In this document: piece by piece, positions 1 through 11,154 of the stretch
How positions within the stretch are numbered: the first letter of the stretch is position 1
How the letters are laid out: each line of letters opens with the position of its first letter
DNA from: Octopus sinensis
Taxonomy: Eukaryota
Length of the DNA: 64,000 nucleotides
Reading direction: 5' to 3'
NCBI RefSeq assembly: GCF_006345805.1
Contig: NC_042997.1
Location: 4,774,001-4,838,000, forward strand
Position numbers and translations under genes: made by a program
The notes under the pieces: model-generated
Database searches by the model: none
What the model saw: the letters and a program-made list of their open reading frames with translations, nothing else
Told to the model about the DNA's origin: nothing

Positions 1-244
1 GTTCATGCCTTTTCTACACAGTTGTGACATTGTTCCTAGAAAAGTAAAATTTGAATATTTTTAATTGAGTTGTTGCTAATAAGTATAAAATGAAATTTAT
101 CTACAACTGTCTAGTTTACACAGAAAATTTAACGGTTTAAAACATGCTCAGTATGTAATATCAATTTGAGGGAATAAAGCACCCTGCTGAGCTTTGCGGT
201 TGGCATCAGGAGAGGCCATGGGCGAACCCGACGGTAGTAGATAT

Positions 245-1170
245 TGATACTTAAGGAGTTATGAGCTGGATGACATTCAACTCAGAGAAATTAATAACAA
301 GCTCAGCGACGAGTATCAAAACAGTGTTAATGTGGTTATGAAATTGAACATGAATTCCAAAATTTTGATTAGTGAAATGAATATCTGTGCAATTGCGGAG
401 GTTAGATATAGTGTCTCCATCCTCAAATGGACTAAGAAGGAAATATTAGCACTGAGTAGAAGGACAAGAATATTGATGACGCTGCATAAGGCGCTACACC
501 ATACAGCAAACATAAACAGAACGTATATGCAAAGAAAGAATGGGGGCAAAAGACTAATTAGTATAGACCATTGTATAAGATATGTGAAATGAGAACGCTT
601 ACCGAGTATTTGATAAATAGTGATGAAGAACTGTTGCAATATGTCGCGAAAGATATCGGTGCAAATGCAGATGTAATCATGGGCAAGGAAGAGTTTAACC
701 AAAGAGCAGAGGAGAAGAGAAAAAAAGACCTTGAAATGAGAATGCACTGACAATTTGCAAGGAATACACATGACGTTGAATATAATACAGCAATGTGGGC
801 ATGGCTTAAGTGAGGTGATTTGAAGAGTACCTCCGAAAACCTTATCATGAATGCACAAGTCCAGGCGCTCGCTACCAATTCAGTGAAGTATAACGTTTAT
901 AAAACTAACTTCTGGTATCCAGAAATGCAGGCTCAGTAGAAAGTGTGTGGAAAATGTGACCAATCTGGTAAGTGGATGTGAGAGTCTTGCACAAAAAGAA
1001 TACAAGCGCCGCCACGATAAAATGTGTGTGTACCTTCAGTGGATCTTATGCCGGAAATACCGATATGAAGTAAGAAAGAATTGGTATGAGCATGTACCAA
1101 GTAAATGTATGCTGGAGGATGGAAAATTAACGATGCTCTGGGACTATGATTTTCTGACGGGCTGTGCAAA
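245..1170 (+). mobile_element. Decayed non-LTR retrotransposon fragment, R4/Dong-like (RT thumb to CCHC region)
   Basis: Peptides HKALHHTANINRTYMQRKNGGKRLISID (cf. HPxADxxRLYxxRxxGGRGL) and NLVSGCESLAQKEYKRRHDKMCVYLQW...KNWYEHVP match the C-terminal part of RLE-type LINEs. Frames are broken by stops and shifts. Confidence 0.8.
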
Positions 1171-1299
1171 AGCAAAAGGAATTCTCCCTTTCTGTTGTCA
1201 ATTATAGTTGACGTATATCAAGATGTCAGCAAACAAATTTGGCATAAATACATAGAATTCATAGGGCAGACCATGCAAACCGGGCGATCTACGACTTGT

Positions 1300-1790
1300 A
1301 CAATCGCTCATCGCCTTCCAAATTTCTACGGCTTTCTTTCTCATGACCACATCTTATTCTTAAAATCAACTCATGCCTACAACTTATTCTTAAAAACAAC
1401 CAAATTCTTAAGATCCACTATTTCTCACTTCCAACTACTCTCCCTCCACAGTCTGAAAGTGTATTTAATATTACCCTACCCCTTTGAGAACAAACCAATA
1501 TACCTTTACTCCTCCAAAGCCACACCATCAATTCCCTACCTATCTATATATTTACCATAAACCCCCACCAACTCAATTCCTGTGTCCCACTAACATCTAC
1601 TTTTGACCATCTTTTGACCTTCCTCAGCTACTGAACTAGTCCACTCATTTCCCTTAAATAATAGCTATCCCCTTTTCACTCTCTCACCATTTATCTCTAT
1701 AGCATTCATACAAAGGACGTTTTTCATATACTACCCAAACCACGCTTCTCACTTCCTCCCACCTCGGCACTATCGCTAATCTCATTATTG
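1300..1790 (-). mobile_element. Possible highly decayed LINE (RTE-like) APE endonuclease fragment
   Basis: Minus-strand remnants LAIVPRW (cf. LxISEVRW) and GIAII appear in the expected order, with many stops. Confidence 0.3.
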
Positions 1791-2020
1791 ACCCTGACAC
1801 CAAATTATTTTCTCCTCGTACTACATTCTGATAATTTTTTCTTCTCAAAATCATTCCATCTTTAAACTCAAATGTAACATTTCCCCCTGAAGACAAAGGC
1901 TGGAGTTATCCGATGATGGAATGAAGTTACGATCATTATTTTGTACTACAAAGAACTCACGATCTGCTGTTGGACTCGTAAATCTTCTGATATCGTTTCC
2001 AAGATGTGTAAGTTAGACTA

Positions 2021-2091
<71 letters not shown>
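2021..2091. repeat. (TA)n microsatellite, left flank of Penelope-like element
   Basis: Direct reading of the sequence. Confidence 0.95.
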
Positions 2092-2302
2092 TATGTGAAA
2101 TAGAAAGATGAATAATCTTGTAGTAGATTAATCAAAAGTTTAACCGATACCTTAGTAGCAAAAATCACAGCAGTGAACAGCACGGTTGGAGGTACAACCA
2201 TCTGGCGTTGCAACCGTGCGTTGGTGCGGATAATTGAAATTAAAACATTATTGGTGAATTGAAGAAATGGAGCTGAACGCTGATTGAACAGAAATCGTTT
2301 TA

Positions 2303-2391
2303 TTTCATTCTACACGTGTTTCGAAAGGCACAAATTACCAAAATCCGATTGAATAATGGGACCATATTGTGTCTTTCTCTTCAGGAAGAAA
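2303..2391 (-). ncRNA. Type I hammerhead ribozyme in PLE pseudo-LTR (left arm)
   Basis: Reverse-complement copy of the 6909-6995 motif: CUGAAGA core (2378-2384), long helix II, GAAA, ACACGUGU, GUA cleavage triplet. Confidence 0.85.
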
Positions 2392-2998
2392 AAGGAAATC
2401 CGTTGGAAAAAACAAAAACAGAAACAGAGGCAGAGCAAAAAACAAATCGAACTGTGCTCCTAAGAGCCCATGGCGAAACTGTTTATCAGTGTATGTTGAG
2501 AACCGGTGGCTGAAGAATTCAACAGGTCAGGCATCGGTCAATCATGTGGGTGAGGTGTATAGATGTTCTTTGTGACCGAGAATAAAGTTCTGACTATTTA
2601 AAGAATATTGGATGTTTTATAAGGGGCGAGAAAAAATCTACTTAGAGACGTGTGTGTGTGTATATGTTCTATATATGTGTGTGTTGGCGTAGGGGTAGAA
2701 AACATTTTTTGTGTACGTTGTGCGTTTGATCGTTCGGCTGTCAGTGGCTACTGCCGTGATAACCGTTGGGTGGCAGAAAGAAAAAAAATAAAGAAATATA
2801 TATATATATGTTTTATGTTTTTGTGTGTGTGTGTGTTCATCTGAGCCTGCCTTGACAAGGAAACCCCCCGCTGTGAAAAAACAAGCCCCGTTTGTCTTAC
2901 AGGAGTAATTTCCCTTGCAGTGGTTAATTGTAGATATCTTAAAAGCTATTTCAGAATTTGTTACCAAGGGCTATGGGTGCCGGTTTTATTTATAAACG

Positions 2999-3952
2999 CT
3001 ATTTAAAGGCCAGATAAGTGTAACGCCGCCAATGGGGGCATCGAAAAGCCGACTGTAAGAGCCCGTTTACCATCCGGCCGCTGGCAAACAAAATATGGAA
3101 GAGTTCGGAGACACAAAGGTTGCACTGTCTTCTGCCCCTATCAAATGGGAGGGCCACCGACAAAATTGACCATTCCAGCCTATAGCTTAAGTTCGCATCC
3201 TTCAGTCGCCATATTAGCTTACTGAGTCCCGTGGTCTGGCGCTTGTTCACGTCCCGAAAAGTTGCGTAATGGTTGGAGACACGCAAAGACAATCTTGAGG
3301 ATGATGCCCCTATATAAGTGAAGGCATCTGAGTCCGTGTAAACCTTGCATTGGTAGACGGCGTTTTTGATCTTGGAGTTCGCCGACGTGAATCTTACTCT
3401 GCTAGGATTGGTTTCTGAAATTAGAACTGCGTTCCTGTCACTATATTCGTTCCGAGACCTGCAGCCGCTTACTACTCTATTTTCCACTACGTCACTATTA
3501 ACTATAGGAATAACCCCTGATTCTCCACTATCTATCAGAGTGCTGTCATTGCTACTGCCCGTGGTACTGCTATTGCGGGAAATGATGCTGGGGATGCTAA
3601 AGGGGCTCTCTACCCTACTCCCATTGTTACCATCACCCACAACACCCCTATTTATAACTATACCCCTAGTGGGTACTCCCTGGCTGGAGCTGAGATTATG
3701 TGTCACTGTACTGGCTCTCGTAACATTATTACTACTATAATTATTCCTACTGAGCATTAAACCGGGAGCGGAAGAGGCTGTGCCTCCGGAAAAAGGTGAT
3801 AGGGTCTTAGTAAGTAGCCTATTATTATGGGAGGCGATTATCTGGGCGAGGTTTTTAGTGTTGGAGAAAGCTATCCTAACTTTATGTGAGTTAACCGTGG
3901 AGTAATATTTGGAATTTCTGGGGAAGTTATTGGCGATGGCTTGTCTAAACAT
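2999..3952 (-). CDS. PLE C-terminal region with GIY-YIG endonuclease (open frame, 317 aa)
   Basis: VYQCKV...YIGASS...RVSNH...LSKLIWRLKD...WSIL...CNLC..E...CPH matches the PLE GIY-YIG/CCHH pattern. Confidence 0.88.
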   Translation of the reverse strand: MFRQAIANNFPRNSKYYSTVNSHKVRIAFSNTKNLAQIIASHNNRLLTKTLSPFSGGTASSAPGLMLSRNNYSSNNVTRASTVTHNLSSSQGVPTRGIVINRGVVGDGNNGSRVESPFSIPSIISRNSSTTGSSNDSTLIDSGESGVIPIVNSDVVENRVVSGCRSRNEYSDRNAVLISETNPSRVRFTSANSKIKNAVYQCKVYTDSDAFTYIGASSSRLSLRVSNHYATFRDVNKRQTTGLSKLIWRLKDANLSYRLEWSILSVALPFDRGRRQCNLCVSELFHILFASGRMVNGLLQSAFRCPHWRRYTYLAFK

Positions 3953-4257
3953 GAGGGGGAGGTTAGTTCTAATCTGCTTACCAAAGGGGATTACAAACCA
4001 TATATGCTTATTCCTATCAGTGTGATGGGTCGGGACGCCAGCTCTCGCATTTGGGTGGTGATTCTCGGATGAATAACGGGTCTTGGGTTAGTGTAAGACC
4101 TCCCGGACCGATAATTATCCTTGTTCGCTAAATTAAATGCGGAGCGACTACCCCGGTATCCGCCGCGCTCCCGTCCTTACTTAAAATGTAATGTTATTAT
4201 ATACGGCCCTATCCTGATGACCGAATGATGGCATCGGAAGGGCCGGATCAATATAAA

Positions 4258-5375
4258 TTACCTTCTGCCTATAACCGGCCTTGGATAGTGCGGCGTTATA
4301 AAAATCCGCTTTCTGCATAAAATATCGGCACTGGCGGACAAGCCAGACAATCTTAGAGAGATGTTTTTAACCAAATTGTCTGTTACGGTTTTGGCATGAT
4401 TTGAGAAGACACTGACATACTTCAAATTAGTGGAAGGCTTATGGTAAGGGCAGTATGAGTCGCTATTAAGGTAAAGTGTAACGTCTAGGAAATTAGCCTT
4501 GGTGAGTTCATTATCAAAAACTATACTCATGCCCATTCTATTAAAAAACCTAGCTAACCTGCTCTTAGTTTTCTGCACTATTCTGTTCGTGGTGTTTTGC
4601 AGGTAAAACAGACAATCGTCACGATACAGGCCGCCCGCGATCTCCGGGAATTGATCGGACAATTCGTAGAGAATATATATTCCGACCAAATCGGCTATCT
4701 GCGCACTATCCGAACTACCCATAGGCACATCAAATTCATTGGGAGTATCCTTACGGATCCACAGCTTATTATCAAACTTAATAAACGATTTCCTGGCAAC
4801 TAAAATGATATCTATCTCTTCTCTGGTGAGCCTGCCTTGTTGTGAGCATGCCAGAGGGCCTATTTAGCCACTAGGGTTAATCGAGGGGTAGAAGCTGGCG
4901 ATATCAAACTGAATGAACCTAGTACGGTTCTTATTGGGGATGGAAGAGAACCACTTCACTACCTGCGAGGAGTTGGCCCAGAGGCTGAGCTTCAGCTTGT
5001 TTACTAAACTAGGGATATATTTATCTAAAATGTACTTACTGATTATCCCGATATCAGATCTAGCAGGGCATATGAGTCTTAGCGCTGGGTTGGTGTGGAA
5101 GTTAGGTTTATGGTCCTTCACTATAAATCTGGGTTGCTTGGGGCTAAGGGCTGCTGAGTTCTCATTTGAATTCGGTGTTTAAATATTATATCCTTAATTT
5201 CCAAGTTTACCTTCCTCAGGGTACTCAATTGGGTTTTCTATAATTTTTCTTGATCTCTTTACCGAGTAAATCTAGGTACTGCTTAATGGGCATCTTGTAT
5301 GTGTTCCTGGTCTTGTCGGACGGACCAGGACTCCGTCCGTTCTATTAATGTCCTTGGTAATTTTATCTAGGTATC
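4258..5375 (-). pseudogene. PLE reverse transcriptase domain (frameshifted)
   Basis: ORFs 4864-5121 and 4258-4728 carry RT motifs A (FDIASFYPSI), B (PMGS...DLVG) and C (LYRDD) and the thumb (YCPYHKP...SNH). Upstream YLDKITKD...DKTRNTY runs to the inversion junction. Confidence 0.9.
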
Positions 5376-6298
5376 AACTTCCCCAGAAATTCCAATATTA
5401 CTCCACGGTAACTCACATAAAGTTAGGATAGCTTTCTCCAACACTAAAAACCTCGCCCAGATAATCGCCTCCCATAATAATAGGCTACTTACTAAGACCC
5501 TATCACCTTTTTCCGGAGGCACAGCCTCTTCCGCTCCGGTTTAATGCTCAGTAGGAATAATTATAGTAGTAATAATGTTACGAGAGCCAGTACAGTGACA
5601 CATAATCTCAGCTCCAGCCAGGGAGTACCCACTAGGGGTATAGTATAAATAGGGGTGTTGTGGGTGATGGTAACAATGGGAGTAGGGTAGAGAGCCCCTT
5701 TAGCATCCCCAGCATCATTTCCCGCAATAGCAGTACCACGGGCAGTAGCAATGACAGCACTCTGATAGATAGTGGAGAATCAGGGGTATTCCTATAGTTA
5801 ATAGTGACGTAGTGGAAAATAGAGTAGTAAGCGGCTGCAGGTCTCGGAACGAATATAGTGACAGGAACGCAGTTCTAATTTCAGAAACCAATCCTAGCAG
5901 AGTAAGATTCACGTCGGCGAACTCCAAGATCAAAAACGCCGTCTACCAATGCAAGGTTTACACGGACTCAGATGCCTTCACTTATATAGGGGCATCATCC
6001 TCAAGATTGTCTTTGCGTGTCTCCAACCATTACGCAACTTTTCGGGACGTGAACAAGCGCCAGACCACGGGACTCAGAAGCTAATATGGCGACTGAAGGA
6101 TGCGAACTTAAGCTATAGGCTGGAATGGTCAATTTTGTCGGTGGCCCTCCCATTTGATAGGGGCAGAAGACAGTGCAACCTTTGTGTCTCCGAACTCTTC
6201 CATATTTTGTTTGCCAGCGGCCGGATGGTAAACGGGCTCTTACAGTCGGCTTTTCGATGCCCCCATGGCGGCGTTACACTTATCTGGCCTTTAAATAG
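5376..6298 (+). pseudogene. Inverted duplicate of the PLE endonuclease region (frameshifted)
   Basis: ORFs 5812-6084 and 5949-6311 reproduce the 2999-3952 protein with 1-bp indels. Confidence 0.88.
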
Positions 6299-6908
6299 CG
6301 TTTATAAATAAAACCGGCACCCATAGCCCTTGGTAACAAATTCTGAAATAGCTTTTAAGATATCTACAATTAACCACTGAAGGGGGAAATTACTCCTGTA
6401 AGACAAACGGGGCTTGTTTTTTCACAGCGGGGGGTTTCCTTGTCAAGGCAGGCTCAGATGAACACACAACCACAACATAAAACATAATATATATATATAA
6501 TTTCTTTATTTTTTTCTTTCTGCCACCCAACGGTTATCACGGCAGTAGCCACTGACAGCCGAACGATCAAACGCACACACGTACACAAAAAATGTTTTCT
6601 ACCCCTACGCCAACACACACATATATAGAACAGTATACACACACACACGTCTCTAAGTAGATTTTTTCTCGCCCTTATAAAACATCCAATATTCTTTAAA
6701 TAGTCAGAACTTTATTCTCGGTCACAAAGAACATCTATACACCTTCACCCACATGATTGACCGATGCCTGACTGTGTTGAATTCTTCAGCCACCGGTTCT
6801 CAACATACACTGATAAACAGTTTCGCCATGGGCTCTTAGGAGCACAGTTCGATTTGTTTTTTGCTCTGCCTCTGTTTCGTTTTTGTGTTTTCCAACGGAT
6901 TCCCCTTT

Positions 6909-6995
6909 TTTCTTCCTGAAGAGAAAGACACAATATGGTCCCATTTTCAATCGGATTTTGGTAATTGTGCCTTTCGAAACACGTGTAGAATGAAA
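6909..6995 (+). ncRNA. Type I hammerhead ribozyme in PLE pseudo-LTR (right arm)
   Basis: Helix I TTTCTTC / GAA(T)GAAA; CTGAAGA 6916-6922; helix II GAAAGACACAAT / ATTGTGCCTTTC (11 of 12 pairs); GAAA 6976-6979; palindrome ACACGTGT; cleavage predicted after A6987. Confidence 0.87.
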
Positions 6996-7048
6996 TAAGA
7001 CGATTTCTGTTCAATCAGCGTTCAGCTCCATTTCTTCAATTCACCAAT

Positions 7049-7099
<51 letters not shown>

Positions 7100-7101
<2 letters not shown>

Positions 7102-8186
7102 TTCTACGCCAGCTATGTTGTTGTTGTTGTTTTTGTCTCATTTGGTCTAAAGTCGTATGACAACCACCGTTATATATATTTTGTTTATTCATTACTGTTT
7201 TCAATTTCGTTTTCGTCTCTTGTATTCACATCCGTCTTGTGCGTTCACATTCCTGTCTCTACCAAGAAATCTAATGCTTACAGCTTAGTTTGTTTTTTTT
7301 CTTGGGGCTGGCCGAGTTGGAGCAAATATCAGAATTGAACATCCGAATTTGCTATGATGATTCGGTGTCTGACTGAAGATTGAAGGCTTCGAATGATTTG
7401 TCTGTGTTCCGTGTTCGTCCCTTCCTGTATTTCACGTTCATTATATATAAAAACATTCATTCTTATATTATTGCGGCGTTACGTGCACCCCCCCCCCCCG
7501 TTTGTTTGTCCAATTTTAAACCCTGCACGACTTCTATACACACTGTCTTTCCTACCCGCCATTGCTTCTTCACCAAACTTTTTGGCGCCCTCCGATTCTT
7601 CCCCTCTCTTCCTCCCATCCTCCTCCCCTCTTCCTCCCATCCTCCTTAATCCCTTCTTTCTCCTTTTCCCTTGGTCACTGATTCTGTCCCCTGCCTTCCA
7701 CCCTCTTTGAATCCCTCTCTCTCTGTCTCTCTTTCTCTCTCTCCTGCGACCTGCTGCTTCTTAAACCATTATGTTGGCCTTCGTATCTCGACCAACATGT
7801 GTCCCCGCTACCGAAACGGTAATTATTTCTACGCCAGCTATGTTGTTGTTGTTGTTTTTGTCTCATTTGGTCTAAAGTCGGATGACAACCACCGTTATAT
7901 ATATTTTGTTTATTCATTACTGTTTTCAATTTCGTTTTCGTCTCTTGTATTCACATCCGTCTTGTGCGTTCACATTCTGTCTTCTACCAAGAAATCTAAT
8001 GCTTACAGCTTAGTTTTTTTTTTTTCTGGGGCTGGCCGAGTTGGAGCAAATATCAGAATTGAACAGCCGAAATTTGCTATGATGATTCGGTGTCTGACTG
8101 AAGATTGAAGGCTTCGAATGATTTGTCTGTGTTCCGTGTTCGTCCCTTCCTGTATTTCACGTTCATTATATATAAAAACATTCATT

Positions 8187-8192
<6 letters not shown>
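7100..8192. mobile_element. Non-coding 1.5-mer element: 368-bp direct repeats (7100-7467, 7825-8192; period 725) between (TA)n tracts
   Basis: Near-identical direct repeats read directly. The core is pyrimidine-rich and has no credible ORF. The layout resembles pLTR-core-pLTR. Confidence 0.7.
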
Positions 8193-8400
<208 letters not shown>

Positions 8401-8495
8401 GGTACGCTTTATGAAAATAAACAAAAGACGAAGGCAGGTGGAATACAAAGAAACAATTGTATTAGTATGGCGCTCAGGAATATAAATAAAACAAC

Positions 8496-8533
8496 TCTTT
8501 TACGTTTCGAGCCTACGCTCTTCAACAGAAAGA
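8496..8533 (-). ncRNA. Hammerhead-like motif with variant core (CUGUUGA)
   Basis: Minus strand TCTTT-CTGTTGA-A-GAGC(GTAG)GCTC-GAAA-CG-TA-AAAGA: 5-bp helix I, 4-bp helix II, ACGT palindrome, GUA triplet. Confidence 0.6.
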
Positions 8534-8948
8534 TACACTATATATATACAATTTTTGCAGTAAATATATGCAATTACTTGCTTGTAGTTGCCTTTACTCC
8601 TGCTCAAGTCAAATCTCTTGAGCACTACGAAGTTATTCTATACACAGAATACTTGTCTCTGTTATATTCATGTACATGTGTGTGCGCGCGCGCGTATTTA
8701 AATTCTATTCTCACGCGTGTAGTGTTCGCATTGACCACGCAGTAAATTGCTGACATATTTCTTTAGAAGTTTTAACAGACACCACACCATTCAATATTCA
8801 TTGTTTATTAAAACAGTAGAAAGTGACTAAAAGTATCTCCAAGGAGGAAATTGAATGTTAGTGGCTGAAATATAGGGAGACTAAATGTGACATTATCACA
8901 TACCATTTACGTTCCAAAATATCTAATATATGAATTTTAGATTATCGC

Positions 8949-9012
<64 letters not shown>

Positions 9013-9737
9013 TGTATGTATATATATATATATATATATATTCTTTTGTATTGTATACTTCATGGCATAGTACATTGTATAGTGTGTAGCATCGATTTAT
9101 TTATTTTCAATATTAAGAGCTTGCTACTTGTGCTAATAAGATATGAAATAAATACACGTAAATTACTTGGCAATTCATTCAGATTATTAGGAAAGTCTTC
9201 GGAAAAGCAAAAGTATATCGCTGATTCATTATCAACCAAATGAATATGCAGAATATAAATTCTAAAATACTAAAATCAACATTTCAATTAAGAACTATTA
9301 ACGTTCATCTAATTCCCCATACAAAATATCTAAAAAAAATGTATCTGTTGCACAGACAAATATTACAACAATAACTGCCAAATTGCTTATATTTAATACT
9401 ATATATTTTATATGATTGAATAGTTGCAGTTCGAAGATACATGTGAACATCTTCGCATAATGTGATATATAGGGCAAGATATTGATAACACATCACTCCT
9501 TAGACAGGTACGGCCTAGAAATACTCGATACGCATTCGGAAATATGATGCACGTCAACAGTGAGGACAATATGTGTTATGTAAAAATGATGCAAGACACA
9601 GATATGTTCATCCATTTATTTATTAATGGATAATTCTGTGAAAACATTCATTCCTTTAATCTTTTACTTCTTTCAATCAATTTGACTGTGACCATACAGG
9701 AGAACCGTCTTTTAGTAAAAGAAATCGAAACGTAGAC

Positions 9738-9771
<34 letters not shown>

Positions 9772-10369
9772 TATACTAGGCGGTTTTGTAACATACTAAG
9801 GGATAAGAAATATCCGTATATACTGTTGTTATCTGTTACCTGTATTTTCCCCGGGCAACGCGTGTCGGCACACGATACCCGCATAGTAGCTATAACAATA
9901 GGATAAACATAAGTTCATCAGGAACCAATGCAAATAATTAGAAAATGAATGAAACCACAGATTAACCAACATATAATTTTGACCACACTTATAGCTTATT
10001 TTTTTAATACAAAGCATGACATAACAAAATAGGTGACGGAACATATCTTACGGCTGTTACTGATCAGACTGCGCAAATGCAGTCTGATTGCGAGAATAAA
10101 AATTCTTCATCTTCATAGGGCATTCTAAATAAGGTAGCGGATCCTCCTCAAAGTGAAAAAAAGACCATATAATATAAACAAAATGAAGGAGTAAAAGGAA
10201 AGAAAACTTGGCTTACACAAGTAATCTAGAATCAAAATATGTTCAGAGCGAATAATTATTTACCATCAGGGCTACAGTGTCCGTAGACAGAATGCTAGTA
10301 AACTGACCTCCACCACAATTACAGATAGGATAAATGATAATAACAATAGAAATATTATTATAATTATTG

Positions 10370-10455
10370 TTGTTGTTGTTGTTGTTATTATTAATAATTA
10401 AAATAATATAATAATAATAATAACAACAACAACAATAGCAACAACGATTATGATG

Positions 10456-10501
<46 letters not shown>

Positions 10502-10560
10502 TGATAATAATAATAATAATAAGAAGAAGAAGAAGAAGGTGAAGAAGAAGAACGATGATG
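10370..10560. repeat. Compound trinucleotide microsatellite (GTT/AAT/AAG)
   Basis: Direct reading. Confidence 0.9.
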
Positions 10561-10748
10561 ATGTTAATAACTGAGACCAATCTACCTCCATCTACAACCT
10601 CTCTCTAGACACAGTTACTTCCTACACTTTTGAGAGTAATCCCCATGCTTGCTTCTTCCATGGGTATGAGTATTTCATTGATGTCTTACGTATTTCTCGC
10701 TGACGAGGAGAAAAAAATTTATATTATTATATACTATAATATATATAC

Positions 10749-10782
<34 letters not shown>

Positions 10783-11111
10783 ACAGGACGTCACAAAATG
10801 TAAAAAACGTAATACATATGTGTGTGTCTGTATGTAGTAGTCAACCAAAAATTATAATTCGGTAACATATCTCAAGAGTTACTAATTCTCTCATGTACAG
10901 CATTAGAAGCGGATATTAATAACTCTTGTTACCATACAGATGACTCAGAAGAAACTAAATGAAGGTAAACGGAAGAGCATGAGTGTGCCTCCAGTACTTG
11001 ACTGTTTCTTATTCATAAATCAAACTTATAACCATGAAATACTAACCACAATAACCTGACGCCTATACCACACACCACAATATGTATATATATAGTGTGC
11101 ATATATATTCG

Positions 11112-11141
<30 letters not shown>

Positions 11142-11154
<13 letters not shown>

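Larger units (their letters stand above)
2093..7056 (-). mobile_element. Penelope-like element, probably Hydra clade; 5'-truncated copy (5375->2093) with an inverted copy of its 3' part (5376-7056)
   Basis: RT motifs DKTRNTY, KDHKPNF, FDIASFYPSI, PMGSSDSAQIADLVG, GLYRDD plus a C-terminal GIY-YIG. 2242-3928 is the near-identical reverse complement of 5376-7056. (TA)n lies on both sides and an HHR is in each arm. Confidence 0.92.

Noticed and set aside
4204-4245. CTGATGA inside nested hairpins (CGGCCCT/AGGGCCG; CCGA/TCGG) resembling a type III hammerhead
   Set aside because: There is no helix I and no GAAA, and it lies antisense to the PLE ORF.
7373-7400. CTGAAGA...GAAG/CTTC...GAAT motif (also at 8098)
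   Set aside because: GAAA is absent, and neither helix I nor helix III can be formed.
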